From IMG/VR virus record IMGVR_UViG_3300011445_000001: a stretch of DNA of 64,000 nt, one strand, 5' to 3'. A program made the position numbers and the translations under genes. Of this stretch, positions 36,044-46,484 are shown one piece after another. Numbering within the stretch: the first letter of the stretch is position 1; each line of letters opens with the position of its first letter. Below the pieces are notes generated by a model that had not been told where the DNA came from, did no database searches, and saw nothing but the letters and a program-made list of their open reading frames with translations. Origin of the DNA: an uncultured virus (IMG/VR IMGVR_UViG_3300011445_000001). Taxonomy: Duplodnaviria > Heunggongvirae > Uroviricota > Caudoviricetes.

Positions 36044-37794
36044 TAGGCTGGGAATACCGGGATTCGCCAGCTAGTACCGTTGAGGTTAACCAGAATATAG
36101 TCGTCAAAGGAGACCATCGGAGACGCGGTTGTGCTTGGGGTTTGGTCGATTCGAAGGCTGTCGCACCGGGCCTCGCCCGATACGTCTGAAGAGGTGCCCA
36201 AAAGCGCCCCGGTGGCCGTAAGGTCGCCGGTTACGGTAAGCGGCTGGTTCATGATGAACTGCCCGACTCCGTTGTTCCACTGGAGATATGACCCGGTGGG
36301 GGTGGAGTTATAGAAATAGAGGTGGGCGTTACCGTTAGGACCGTCGTAGTTGGCATAGATACTGCCATTCGACCTAAGCTCGGATGCGGTTGCCACACCG
36401 TTTACAAACAACGCTTCACTAAACTCAAACCGATCGTCGACATCGTCCCACTTCAGGTGCGCACCGGTTGGAGACCCGCCTTCAAAGAAGTAGAGGAAGC
36501 CATCCTCATCCGGGTTTGGGTAGCCCCACGCCTCAACTTCGGTGCAGTTAAGTTGGTCGCCATTGAACGCCGCGATCGCATTTTCGGGGGCGTGCATCTT
36601 CCAGTAGCGGGCGGCTGCTGGCGTGGTTAGCGTAAGCTCGACGTAGTGCACGTTTCCGCTACCGGTGTCTATGCGAACCACCGGATTGTACGTCTGGTGG
36701 AGCGTCCACGTTGAATTATCGTCGCTAGAATAAATTGCCAATGAATCAAACCCGCCGCCTGTGTAGATGTTGTCACTGGCCGAGTTGCCATCGTAGCGGC
36801 GCATTCTAGTTACGGTCTTCGACACACCGAGGTCAAACCCAACCGAGTCCTTGTTCACAGAAAAGGCAACCGCCTCTGTGGCAAGATTACCGTTGACTAG
36901 GGCCGCAATCCCCGTCGTCAAGACGCTTGAGGTCGGGGTGTTGTCTGAGTCCTTGTAGAGACCGTCTGTTAAAGTGAACTGCATCTCAGTGCTGGTGTCG
37001 GCCCCGTCGTAGTTGATGTGCACGTTGCTGTTAGCCCGGATATCTCCGTTCACCACCAGCAATTTTGAGAAGTAGAATCCCGTATAAGCGTCAACCCACT
37101 GTAGGAAAGCGCCTCGCGGTGACGCGCCCTCATAGAAGTAGATGAACGAGTTCCCATCAACCCCATCGTAGTTGACTTCGATGTTTCCGTTAGATCGAAA
37201 CCCGGCGGCTGTAATGATCTGGTCTGTGGTTGCACCCCGGTCGCATACGTCATCAAGGTCGTCGGTTGAAGATCCTGAGTCTACCATAGTATCGACTTCG
37301 ATGACCGGCATGTAGAGGTAGCCGTGCACCGGCTCGTCTTGGAAGGACGTCACATCAAAGATCAGGTCTACCCGAATCTCGAGGTTATCGCCTTCAATAA
37401 ACCCATTACCAGCCAGCGCTCTGGTGATTTCGACCACTTCAGATGGATTGGCGTACTCGGTCGTTACGACCTGATCGGAGTACACAGTGTCCACATAAAG
37501 ACGCACCGTATAGGACCCAGAAATATCCGCCGTGCGCCACGCTAGACCGTGAAGCACCACCTCGGTGTGGTCTTCATGATAGATATAGGGAAGGCGGATT
37601 GCTGTGCGGGTCTGGGTGCTTTTGCCCTGCGCCGCGTTGGCCGACACCGTATAGAGTCGGTTCGGGAAGTTGGCGTCATCTCCGTCTGTGATAAGCGACG
37701 GACTGCTCTCTACGGCGGCGCCCAATCCAACGTACGGACTGTGAATCCCGGCGCCTAATTCGCGCGTATCTTCGTTGAATAAGACAATCCGCAT
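36043..37794 (-). CDS. tail fibre/spike protein with discoidin (F5/8C)-like domain
   Basis: FDLG...YSSDDNSTWT...ARYWK...EVEAWG; internal RSNG..VNYDG repeats; follows tail tip genes. Confidence 0.65.
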   Translation of the reverse strand: MRIVLFNEDTRELGAGIHSPYVGLGAAVESSPSLITDGDDANFPNRLYTVSANAAQGKSTQTRTAIRLPYIYHEDHTEVVLHGLAWRTADISGSYTVRLYVDTVYSDQVVTTEYANPSEVVEITRALAGNGFIEGDNLEIRVDLIFDVTSFQDEPVHGYLYMPVIEVDTMVDSGSSTDDLDDVCDRGATTDQIITAAGFRSNGNIEVNYDGVDGNSFIYFYEGASPRGAFLQWVDAYTGFYFSKLLVVNGDIRANSNVHINYDGADTSTEMQFTLTDGLYKDSDNTPTSSVLTTGIAALVNGNLATEAVAFSVNKDSVGFDLGVSKTVTRMRRYDGNSASDNIYTGGGFDSLAIYSSDDNSTWTLHQTYNPVVRIDTGSGNVHYVELTLTTPAAARYWKMHAPENAIAAFNGDQLNCTEVEAWGYPNPDEDGFLYFFEGGSPTGAHLKWDDVDDRFEFSEALFVNGVATASELRSNGSIYANYDGPNGNAHLYFYNSTPTGSYLQWNNGVGQFIMNQPLTVTGDLTATGALLGTSSDVSGEARCDSLRIDQTPSTTASPMVSFDDYILVNLNGTSWRIPVFPA

Positions 37795-37803
37795 TGGTCT
37801 TCC

Positions 37804-40290
37804 CTAGGCGTACAGTTGAATGGCTTCGATTTTGGTGCCACCCATTTCATGGGTCACACGGTTCACAAGGAACTTCAACCCGGCCCACGTCTCTCCGTAG
37901 AACAGGAATCTTGCATCCCAACTGTTTGAATCCAGCTCAATCCAGTCGCCCGGCTCGAGATCGATTCCGAATGTGTCAATCAACGTAAGCGCGATCGTCT
38001 TGTGGGTCCGAGCCAGTAGAGAGTTGGAGTCGGTAATTAGGAGGTCCGTCACGGTTTTGACCGAAGCGTCCCCTACTCCGTCGGCGGGGCCCGCAATATT
38101 AGCCCACGACTGGGCGTATTGACGCTCACCATTATCATCGATCGAGTCTTGGTTTTCAAAGATGTTGATATCCGCAAACGATCCTTGCTCCTGCCAGAAA
38201 CGGGAGTTGATCTCCATGGAGTTGTAGATCTCCTCGGTCTGGGACAGGCTAACGCGCCCATTCAGGACCTGATGGAACAGGATCGTTTTGTTGACGGTGG
38301 GGCTTGTATTGTTCAGGGCAATGGCCCGCGCGCGGCCAAACGCCGACACCGCGAACACAAAGGTCGACTGAATGGAGAGGTTCTGAATGGCGTTCGCGGC
38401 CGACATCTCATTGTCGGAGTGGAAATTGATGCGGGCCTGTACGCTAGAGTTGGCTGCGGCATCGAAGGAAGCTGTGTCGATGTCTGCGGTCTGGCCAACA
38501 AAGGAGGTGTGGCTGCGGAGGAGGTCTTCGATGATATAGACCGGGTCCTCAATTAGGTCGCCCTCATCGTACGAGTTTGATCTGCCCCCCGCATCGATCC
38601 ACGATCCGAACGTCTTACCGGCGCACTTAACCCAGTACTCAGAAATGTTCACCGGCTCATACTCGAGCTGCAGGTAAGCCGAGTACACCTTCAGGATGTA
38701 AGTGGGGGTGCCAACAACACTCCCATCAGAGTTGCTGTCAATGAAGGTCTGTGTGGGAAAGGCCGTGATCAAAAACAGCCACGGCTGGATTCTCCTGCTT
38801 CCGGGAAAGAACCGATCGCCCAATCGCCACCCGTAATCAGACGCTATGTAAAGGTTGCTGGAAGATCCGGGCTGAATGTCGGTTGTTTCATCGAAGGTGG
38901 TTGTTACGGTGCTGGGGGTGGTTGAGGTGCCGATGACCGCAAAGCTAGCAATGAACCGATCGGCCGACATGTTAAACCCATCCGCACCAGCCGCCAAGCA
39001 ATAAGCATCAACCTTCCCGGAGTTGATCGACCCAGTAGTATAAGCCGCCGTTCGCACGGAAAAGGTGCCAGTCCCGACCATGCGACCGATACCGTTTGTT
39101 GCATCGATGGCCCTCTCATTCCCTAAGCTAGGGAAGATCAGGGGGAAATGAGAGGCAAGCTTCTTAGGGGCCGTGTTCTTATCGAACGTATCTCGCTGAA
39201 AGGCGAAGGTGGTCTCATCGTCGTCGTAGATGTTGGAGAGATCCTCGGGCTCGCGGATCTGGTAAACCCCGTTGACGTCTCCGGGCAGAGAATAAGTATA
39301 GAGGTGGTATGATGTCTCTTTTCCGGCCTGAATCTCCTCTGCGCTCAGGCCCTGCTCGAAGTCACCGGGCTTCCAGTCGCAGGGCTTCACACGCACATAG
39401 GCGCGTAGGCCGGGCGTAATAACGGCGCGAAAGACCGCGTCGTCCTGCTCCTCGTTCACATCGATGGTCAATAGGCTCGTCTTGAACCACTGCAGGCCGT
39501 GCGTGAAGCTGGACTTTTCAATGGTAGGCTGGCGACACCAGAGCGGAGACGTGTTTCCGGACGGGTCGCTGATCGAGTAGATCGGATGGTCGGCCACCAC
39601 AAGCTTCGGGCGATTGGTGCCCGTCATGTCGTCGGTGGCTAGAGCAACAGCCATCCCCGTACCGGGCGTGGTGAGCCACGGCTCGGATCCAGTGAAGGAG
39701 CCGTAGACAATGGGGATCTTGCGAGACAGAACCACCCGCTTGTTCCGCGTATCCTGCGACCCGAGAACGTCATTGTTCGGGTTGACCGGGGCATTGGGGT
39801 AGGCGCTACGCAGGGTGCGGCGAGGCAACGGAGTCTCTGAGATCAGAGGCACGCGGCTGGTTGCCAAAAGCTGTACTTCGTCCCGGTTTACGCTCTTACA
39901 ATCCAAGAGAAATCCCCGAAACACCAGCAACATCGAATCGGCCACGGTATCTTCGCCTTTGAGGCGCCACACGTTAACCGGGTAGCCCTTCCAGTTCTTC
40001 ATTTGCTCGTCGATGTAGAGCGGGCCACCGTTCGAGTCCATAGAGTACTGGTGATTGAACAGCGAGAAGGTCACGTCGTTGACCCGAAATTCCTTGCCGA
40101 AGAGCGGGTCTATGCTCGCATCGATTGCGGAGATGCGCTTGAGGAAGGGGTGGGTTAGGTACGTAGTAAGATTGCGGAATTCCTCAGAATAGTAGAAGGT
40201 CGTCGTCCCGTTCGTGAACGACACCACCCACCCTGAAGCCACCCCCGACCTCAGCATATTGTTCGCAAATCCAGACGTGGTGGTTAGCAT
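37804..40290 (-). CDS. tail tip/baseplate hub protein
   Basis: KIPIVYG, IEDPVYIIEDLL, DLEPGDWI; position after the distal tail gene. Confidence 0.65.
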   Translation of the reverse strand: MLTTTSGFANNMLRSGVASGWVVSFTNGTTTFYYSEEFRNLTTYLTHPFLKRISAIDASIDPLFGKEFRVNDVTFSLFNHQYSMDSNGGPLYIDEQMKNWKGYPVNVWRLKGEDTVADSMLLVFRGFLLDCKSVNRDEVQLLATSRVPLISETPLPRRTLRSAYPNAPVNPNNDVLGSQDTRNKRVVLSRKIPIVYGSFTGSEPWLTTPGTGMAVALATDDMTGTNRPKLVVADHPIYSISDPSGNTSPLWCRQPTIEKSSFTHGLQWFKTSLLTIDVNEEQDDAVFRAVITPGLRAYVRVKPCDWKPGDFEQGLSAEEIQAGKETSYHLYTYSLPGDVNGVYQIREPEDLSNIYDDDETTFAFQRDTFDKNTAPKKLASHFPLIFPSLGNERAIDATNGIGRMVGTGTFSVRTAAYTTGSINSGKVDAYCLAAGADGFNMSADRFIASFAVIGTSTTPSTVTTTFDETTDIQPGSSSNLYIASDYGWRLGDRFFPGSRRIQPWLFLITAFPTQTFIDSNSDGSVVGTPTYILKVYSAYLQLEYEPVNISEYWVKCAGKTFGSWIDAGGRSNSYDEGDLIEDPVYIIEDLLRSHTSFVGQTADIDTASFDAAANSSVQARINFHSDNEMSAANAIQNLSIQSTFVFAVSAFGRARAIALNNTSPTVNKTILFHQVLNGRVSLSQTEEIYNSMEINSRFWQEQGSFADINIFENQDSIDDNGERQYAQSWANIAGPADGVGDASVKTVTDLLITDSNSLLARTHKTIALTLIDTFGIDLEPGDWIELDSNSWDARFLFYGETWAGLKFLVNRVTHEMGGTKIEAIQLYA

Positions 40291-40291
40291 T

Positions 40292-41155
40292 CTAGTACGT
40301 CGATCCGTCCTGCACGTATGGCAGGGTGGTGAACTTCAGCTGATACTTGCGAACCTCGAACTCGAGGTCCTCCCAGTTCGGAACGTCCTTGTCGAAGCGG
40401 CAAAGGAACGCGTCATAGATGGTGGTTCCCTCGTTGTAGATGAAGGGAAGGAGCGACCCCCGGCAGTTGTTGAAGAGGGTCTCGATCATCTCTGCGTTCG
40501 TGTCGTCCGTGGCCGGGTTGTCGAACGTCAGGATGTTGCGCTCAAAGTGGATCACAGGCTGGCGCGCGTCGGCGATGAAATGGCGGCTTCCGTCCCGGGC
40601 CTTGAACTCAGTGTTCATGTACTCCGGGAGATCTGATATCGGGTATTCGCCAGTGGCTGTGGTCTCATACTCCTTCATCAAGAAGATTTCGCCGAATTCC
40701 GGGATGCCCGGGAAATCAAGAGAGAACGGGGCGGCGGTGCTGAAAGAGAACTTCCACCACACAGCCGTTACGATTATCGGGTCTTGTACGATGGTATACC
40801 ACAGTGGAAACCGGTTGTTGGACGCGTCGGTGTTGTCGACCGGGATGTCGGCCACCAGCTCGTTCCATATGGCCCCATCGTCCGACCACGACACCGTGAG
40901 AAGCATGGTCTGCCAGATCGTGTCGTAGTGGGTAAGCCATACACCGAAAGTATCCCACGGAGGTGGGGTGGTGGCGGTGAACTTGACGACGATCTCCTGC
41001 GGCGGACTGGTTAGCCCAGATGCCTTCCACGTAGCGGCGAGATGGCCATCGAGTAGGTGGTTCTTGTTGTACTGCGAACCCGTGAACGTGCTCGTCACGC
41101 TGTAGACGATCGTCTGGCCAAAGCCTACCGGCGTATAGAACTTAATGAACCCCAT
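40292..41155 (-). CDS. distal tail-like protein
   Basis: Directly after the tape measure; SWSDDG.IW beta domain. Confidence 0.55.
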   Translation of the reverse strand: MGFIKFYTPVGFGQTIVYSVTSTFTGSQYNKNHLLDGHLAATWKASGLTSPPQEIVVKFTATTPPPWDTFGVWLTHYDTIWQTMLLTVSWSDDGAIWNELVADIPVDNTDASNNRFPLWYTIVQDPIIVTAVWWKFSFSTAAPFSLDFPGIPEFGEIFLMKEYETTATGEYPISDLPEYMNTEFKARDGSRHFIADARQPVIHFERNILTFDNPATDDTNAEMIETLFNNCRGSLLPFIYNEGTTIYDAFLCRFDKDVPNWEDLEFEVRKYQLKFTTLPYVQDGSTY

Positions 41156-41164
41156 AGTCGTCTC

Positions 41165-43393
41165 CTACGAGAAGCTCTCTTCGGCATCGGTTTGGCCGCC
41201 CTTACCGCCGCCACCCGCGCCACCACCGCCCGGGATGCCGTTGAATCCGCTACGGTAAGAGGCGCTGGGCCCTCCAAGGGGGTTGCGGCTCCGGGCCAAT
41301 ACGCGCGTCTGATTTACGTCAGCGGCGCGAACCACCTCAGGCAACACTGTCCGACGAACGAACTCCTCATCGGCCATGCCACTGAAGTTCAGCTGGATCA
41401 TCTGAACCATACCTCCCCCAGCAACAGCACCTCCCGACTGAGACGCGACCACCGAGCGACCGAACTGCGGGGCGCCCGTCACGGACTTAAACCCCTGCAT
41501 ATACTGATTCCCCGCGTCGCGACCCCACTTGCGTGCGATAGCGTCGTTGCGTGGGTCATCGAATCCAGCGATGAGAGCAGTCAGGCCCCCAGCCACTGCA
41601 ATACCGGCTGCAACCGCAAGGGCAGGACCGACGATCGGAATGCTCGCTACGGCCTTGGCAGCGAGGACCGCTGCGTGGGCGATGTACTTCATCGTCGACA
41701 GGATCAAGGCAGCGACTTCCTTACCCAACTGAATCACGAACTTGGCCGAAGCAACGATGGCTTCGCCAATCCCGCCAGTCACAGCCTTCAGGGCTGAGCC
41801 CATGGCGCCCAACACGTTCTTGACTGTGTTGCCGATTTGGATGGTTCCACTAAAGGCGGTGTTCAGGGTCTTAACCCCGTTGATCATGGCATTAACGCTA
41901 TTGCCAATGGTCTCCATCTGCTGAATCAGTTGGGGCGAGATATCGGCTCCAAACACGTTCGAAAGATCAACGAACCCGCCCATGGCATCGGTCAGGGCGA
42001 AGTACGCGTCGCGCTGTGCCTCCTGCTGAGCGAGGATCTCTGCGTTCTGGTCCTTGAGGATCTTGTCTGCGTCGGCCTTGTTTTTGGCGTTTTGGATCAG
42101 CCCCTCTGTGATCTCATCATCCGTGGCGGCGTACCTCTTCAGGTCAGCCTCGAGGTCAGCGGTCCAGTTCGTCTTGGTCTTCGTTGCCCCGGCTTTCATT
42201 TCGATCTTGAGAGGTGGCGGCTTGAACTCCGCAAGCGTCTTGTTGATGTCGGCCATCGCTTCCTGATGAATATCAAGACGCTTGGCGGAGGTGTCAGACT
42301 CTTCCTTCAGCATGGCCTTGTTGATGGTGCGTAACGTACCTAGCCTCTCAAACAGGGCGTCGGCTTCTACCTTCAGCCCGGCGGCGCTGTTCTTGACGGC
42401 CATCTCATAGAGATTGTGGAGGTAGGCTTCCTGCTCCTTGGTGTTCAACTTGCGGAAGTTGTTTTGCTCGGCGATCATGCCCTTATTCTTGTCGATAGAC
42501 GCCTGCAGCTCCTCCTGCGACACGGTAAGGAAGACCTTAAGGGCGCCAAACAAGCCGTCGGCGTTGGACATCTGCCGGAACTGCTCGGCAGTTAACTCGG
42601 CGAGACTGCTCAGGACCGGGATCAGCTTCCCGCCTACGACCTCCTTCAGGTCATCGTAGTTCTCGGACAGCAGCCGGACCTTGCCCGCGTAGGTGTTGAG
42701 ATCGGCTTGGGCCGCCCCAGCAAAGCGTTCGCCAATGGCCCGCTGTAGCTCGGCCATACGCTCTTGGGTTGAGGAAGCGGCGGTGATTTCGGTCTTCAGG
42801 CCCCGGATCTCGTTCGACGCGCCCGAGATAAACTTAGTCATTTTATCGACCGTAGAGAGCAGATCCTCACCTGTACCCGCAGCCAGATCGGCGGCGGACG
42901 CCATAAGGGCCAAGGATGCTTGCACCCCGAGGCCCGCGTCGTGGAGCCTCTGGAACGCCTGTCCGGACATCTCGTCGGAGATCCCGGTCAGCTGCTGCAT
43001 CCCTGTGGCGAACTGCTGTACCAGTCGGGTGTTCGCCCCGGTTTCGTCGCCGTGGCGCTTCAGAGATGCCGTTACCGAATTCCAAACCTTCTCGGATTCG
43101 ACGGCCGCCCCGATAGTGCTGGCGATCTCATTCTTGAGGAAGCTGAACGCCTTGGTCACGGCATTAGCCACAATCGTACCGACTGCGATGCCCTGTGTGA
43201 AGCGGGTCCAGAGAGGCGAACCGGTCTTGGCCTCCCCGTTCAAGAGGCGGATTTCGCGGTTGAGCTTGTTGATTTCCTTCTGCGAGGCGACGGCGGCTTC
43301 ACCACCCAGCTTGACCAGCTCGTTCTGTAAACGCTGAATCTCGGCGCTTGCCGAGTTCGAGGCTTCTAACGAGATTTTATACTTATCAGCCAT
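41165..43393 (-). CDS. tail tape measure protein
   Basis: Ala/Gly-rich helical protein, SIPIVGPALA motif, follows the tail chaperones. Confidence 0.85.
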   Translation of the reverse strand: MADKYKISLEASNSASAEIQRLQNELVKLGGEAAVASQKEINKLNREIRLLNGEAKTGSPLWTRFTQGIAVGTIVANAVTKAFSFLKNEIASTIGAAVESEKVWNSVTASLKRHGDETGANTRLVQQFATGMQQLTGISDEMSGQAFQRLHDAGLGVQASLALMASAADLAAGTGEDLLSTVDKMTKFISGASNEIRGLKTEITAASSTQERMAELQRAIGERFAGAAQADLNTYAGKVRLLSENYDDLKEVVGGKLIPVLSSLAELTAEQFRQMSNADGLFGALKVFLTVSQEELQASIDKNKGMIAEQNNFRKLNTKEQEAYLHNLYEMAVKNSAAGLKVEADALFERLGTLRTINKAMLKEESDTSAKRLDIHQEAMADINKTLAEFKPPPLKIEMKAGATKTKTNWTADLEADLKRYAATDDEITEGLIQNAKNKADADKILKDQNAEILAQQEAQRDAYFALTDAMGGFVDLSNVFGADISPQLIQQMETIGNSVNAMINGVKTLNTAFSGTIQIGNTVKNVLGAMGSALKAVTGGIGEAIVASAKFVIQLGKEVAALILSTMKYIAHAAVLAAKAVASIPIVGPALAVAAGIAVAGGLTALIAGFDDPRNDAIARKWGRDAGNQYMQGFKSVTGAPQFGRSVVASQSGGAVAGGGMVQMIQLNFSGMADEEFVRRTVLPEVVRAADVNQTRVLARSRNPLGGPSASYRSGFNGIPGGGGAGGGGKGGQTDAEESFS

Positions 43394-43395
43394 AG

Positions 43396-43875
43396 CTACC
43401 TCCGCTTACCGCTAAGCTTCCTTTGCGCTGCTTCCACGTCGTTCTTTTCCTTCTTCGCCTTCACCCGGTTGATCTCGTTTAGCTCAGCCGTGATAACGTC
43501 AATTGCATCGTCAATGATGCAAGGAAAGTTGAGGTACTCCTCGGTTGAGTTGAATGACTTCGACCAAATCCGCTGGTAGAACTTCAGAAGCTGCCACGAC
43601 AGCGGGGTGACCAGCGACTCCACACACACGCTGTAGTATAGGGTCAGAGCGACGAGGGGTGGTACGGGGCGTCCGGCTGAGCAGGACGCGTGCTCGACGC
43701 AAACCAACCAATGCTGCTTGTCCAGATCGACCGGAGGTAGCTTTCCACCGATAGCCGTCGCAATGTGGTTGCTGCATCTCAGACAGGCTCGGCGGCCCTT
43801 CTTGCACGTCTCCGAATGCTTGTTTTCCTCACCAACAGCGGAGTTGACTAGGCTGGTGAGGATACGGAGTTTCCC
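43396..43875 (-). CDS. tail assembly chaperone, -1 frameshift extension (gpGT-like)
   Basis: -1 frame is open from the slippery site to 43396. Confidence 0.75.
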   Translation of the reverse strand, partial: GKLRILTSLVNSAVGEENKHSETCKKGRRACLRCSNHIATAIGGKLPPVDLDKQHWLVCVEHASCSAGRPVPPLVALTLYYSVCVESLVTPLSWQLLKFYQRIWSKSFNSTEEYLNFPCIIDDAIDVITAELNEINRVKAKKEKNDVEAAQRKLSGKRR

Positions 43876-44186
43876 GCTTCGGCCTCCGTAAGACCGGCCT
43901 CAGACATCAGGGTCTGGGCCACCTTAAGAATGTCGCGCCAAGACTCGAAGTCCGAGATGATGGTCTTGGGGTCGCCCTCAATGCCCTCGATGGAGACGAT
44001 CTGCTCGGCGAGGATGTCAATCAGGGAGTCGCAGCGTTGGATGGGGGAGTCCGAGCTGTTGGTTTCAAGCTCGGCGATCCGGGAGGCCAGTATCATCTTA
44101 TCCCGGACCGACATGGGCTTGACGGTGAAGACCGTACCGTCTACCGTCATGGTTCTGTTCTTGGAACGATCGATGATGCGGAGCAT
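43848..44186 (-). CDS. tail assembly chaperone (gpG-like)
   Basis: Between tail tube and tape measure; ends EAGN. Confidence 0.8.
   Translation of the reverse strand: MLRIIDRSKNRTMTVDGTVFTVKPMSVRDKMILASRIAELETNSSDSPIQRCDSLIDILAEQIVSIEGIEGDPKTIISDFESWRDILKVAQTLMSEAGLTEAEAGNSVSSPA
43869..43875 (-). other. programmed -1 frameshift slippery site G GGA AAC
   Basis: XXXYYYZ heptamer in the correct frame near the end of the chaperone gene. Confidence 0.8.
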
Positions 44187-44241
44187 TGTACCACCTTCCA
44201 CTTAGACCACATTAACCGCTTGCCCGGCTCGAGCCGGGAGT

Positions 44242-45234
44242 TTACCAGCCGCGCAACTCGGAGTTGGTGATCGTCACCACCAGAGCATCGTTGGCGGTAT
44301 GGGACGATGCCTCGCCCACGATGGTGATGGTCGCACCATACGAGCCGTCAGTCGTCGAAGCAACGTCCGTGATCTTGCCCTTGAGGGTGACCGTAACGTT
44401 ACCAAAATCGACGTCGAGGGTGATGTCAGTACCCGCCTGCAGAGCGTCGTTCGAGTCGTTGTAGTTCTCATCGTAGAGGATGCTCAGCGACCCCGAGATG
44501 GTGCGGTTCGTGAACCCCACACTCAGGAAGCCCCCAATACCGTCGATACCCACCGGGGTAACGTCGTGGGTGGCTTCAACCGAGAACCCCGAGATCAGCA
44601 CGTCGGTCAGGCCCGCGCCCGTATTCAACTGGGCGCTCAAAATGTTGTCATCATAAAGGCGGCCATAGGAGTCGGTGCCTTCGGGGGTTGGGGTGATGTT
44701 GCTGGGGTTCGAAGTCGTCGACAGGGTCGATCCGTTGGCCACCACATCAGCCGCGAACTTGAGGGGGTTGCCCCGCTCCCAACTGAGCATGAAGCGCTTC
44801 GTGACGGCGCCCCCTACCTTGTGAGACTTGGATGCGTCCGGGCTGACCTTCACAAAGGACAGAAAGTGGCCCGCGTCGGCCCCAAAGTCGGGATTTGTCG
44901 TGAAGTACGAGAACGACTTCGTATAGTCCGGAGATACACCCTCCGTGACGTTCTGGAAGTGGGCCGCCGCCAGCAGGTCGAGGACATGGACATCCACGTC
45001 GCCCGACACGGTGAAGTTCGGCATGGCTCCACCGTCCTTGTGGACCGTGTTCCGGGTGGTCTGGTTCTTGTTGGCGTGAACCCCCGGGGTCGTATAGATC
45101 TTGGTGTCGAACTTGATGTCGAAATGCTCGCAATCAAGCCCCTGCCACGGCCCGGCATCAACGGTAGCGGCTGCGAAGTCGGTGCCCTCGGCAACCGCGT
45201 ACTGTAAGTCTCTTGCTTCTCTAAAAGTCGTCAT
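44242..45234 (-). CDS. major tail tube protein
   Basis: Position, size, beta-rich (RTISGSLSILYD); strong SD and own promoter motif. Confidence 0.75.
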   Translation of the reverse strand: MTTFREARDLQYAVAEGTDFAAATVDAGPWQGLDCEHFDIKFDTKIYTTPGVHANKNQTTRNTVHKDGGAMPNFTVSGDVDVHVLDLLAAAHFQNVTEGVSPDYTKSFSYFTTNPDFGADAGHFLSFVKVSPDASKSHKVGGAVTKRFMLSWERGNPLKFAADVVANGSTLSTTSNPSNITPTPEGTDSYGRLYDDNILSAQLNTGAGLTDVLISGFSVEATHDVTPVGIDGIGGFLSVGFTNRTISGSLSILYDENYNDSNDALQAGTDITLDVDFGNVTVTLKGKITDVASTTDGSYGATITIVGEASSHTANDALVVTITNSELRGW

Positions 45235-45251
45235 GGCAGTATTCTCCTGAT

Positions 45252-45268
45252 AGTATTCGGTTTTACAC
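45252..45268 (-). promoter_or_regulatory. GTGTA-type late promoter motif
   Basis: GTGTAAAA-CCGAA-TACT. Confidence 0.65.
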
Positions 45269-45276
45269 CGGTCTTC

Positions 45277-45702
45277 TTAGACTTGGGTGTGCCTCTGGAC
45301 CTTGAGGATAGTGGCTAGGACCTCACCGCCCCGGGTCTTGGAATCGTCGAACTCGGCGTCCATACTCGTGACCTTCACCTCGAGGACGCGGTAATTGTCG
45401 CCTAGGTCGACGTTGGCCTTTAGGACCTCAACCACCCGGTCGATGTTCGCGCGGGTTGAAGGGTTGTTTCGGGCGAACCCAATGAAGGATGAGTGCACAT
45501 GGATCGAGATTACTATCTCGTGTCGGTTTAGAATGTCGTTCGACCACCCCTCGTGGTTGGTGTCCTCACCCACAACCTGAACCGTCACCGAAGGTAGGGT
45601 GAGATGGGCCAGCGCATGGTAGTTAGCCGACTGGGTAAGGAACTCCCCATCCATCAACGAGTAGATCTTGTTGTGGGCGATATTGAGTACATTGAGGGCC
45701 AT
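45277..45702 (-). CDS. tail completion/terminator-like protein
   Basis: Position and size. Confidence 0.5.
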   Translation of the reverse strand: MALNVLNIAHNKIYSLMDGEFLTQSANYHALAHLTLPSVTVQVVGEDTNHEGWSNDILNRHEIVISIHVHSSFIGFARNNPSTRANIDRVVEVLKANVDLGDNYRVLEVKVTSMDAEFDDSKTRGGEVLATILKVQRHTQV

Positions 45703-45703
45703 G

Positions 45704-46114
45704 TTAGTTCTCGTCCCTCGGGGCCCAATAGACCATCGCCACCGTAAAGCGTGCGCTGCTGTTTTGGTTATTCTCCCAAAGCTCGGGCCCCGCTACCGAC
45801 ACCAGCTCGAACCCCAAGCAATGTTCGCCTAGGTCAATGGGCTCGAGGATCGCATTCTTGATTTCGGCGACCAGTTCCTCAATGGCGTTGTAATTCTCCT
45901 TCGTGAACACGATCAGCTCGATACGCGCCATGAACCGGGAGTCCGTAGCATCGATCACTAGGGTAACCTCATCTCCGGGCACGACCGCTACGTAGGGGGC
46001 TAGGTTCTCAATCACAGGCTGATCATCCACAAAGCGCGAGGCCTTGTTGACAAGGGGCAGCGCCTCGAGCGAGGTCACTATCGAGTTCAGCAAATCAATT
46101 CGAGTACTAGGCAT
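45704..46114 (-). CDS. tail terminator-like protein
   Basis: R..LL.SI...L...PYVAVVPGDE pattern; position. Confidence 0.5.
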   Translation of the reverse strand: MPSTRIDLLNSIVTSLEALPLVNKASRFVDDQPVIENLAPYVAVVPGDEVTLVIDATDSRFMARIELIVFTKENYNAIEELVAEIKNAILEPIDLGEHCLGFELVSVAGPELWENNQNSSARFTVAMVYWAPRDEN

Positions 46115-46484
46115 TGTCTCGATCCACGAACGGCGGGGGTACCCGCTTCTGAATTTCGTCTAACCGCTCCCGAAGAGCGGGGGCCAGCTTGGGTATGTTG
46201 GTTGTCGGTACGTAGACCGGCTCCTTGGTGATCTCGACGGGCGGATCTCCCGGGGCGGTTCTCGGTGACGCTTCCTCGACGAAGTAGTAGGCCATGGTGT
46301 CGGTCCAGACGCAGTCGGGCGCCCGCATCGTGCGGCCCCGCCGAAGCTGCTCGAAGGCCTGTAAACGCTTCAGCCCGAACAGGGGGCGCAGGGCAACCTC
46401 GATGAACTTCCGGCAGAGGGGGTTGCGGTTCGACATGCTCTTGTACTTCGCCAGCGCCGCGTCGTTTAGCTTAATATACCTCAT
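46107..46484 (-). CDS. hypothetical protein in head-tail module
   Basis: ATGA-coupled ORF. Confidence 0.45.
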   Translation of the reverse strand: MRYIKLNDAALAKYKSMSNRNPLCRKFIEVALRPLFGLKRLQAFEQLRRGRTMRAPDCVWTDTMAYYFVEEASPRTAPGDPPVEITKEPVYVPTTNIPKLAPALRERLDEIQKRVPPPFVDRDNA

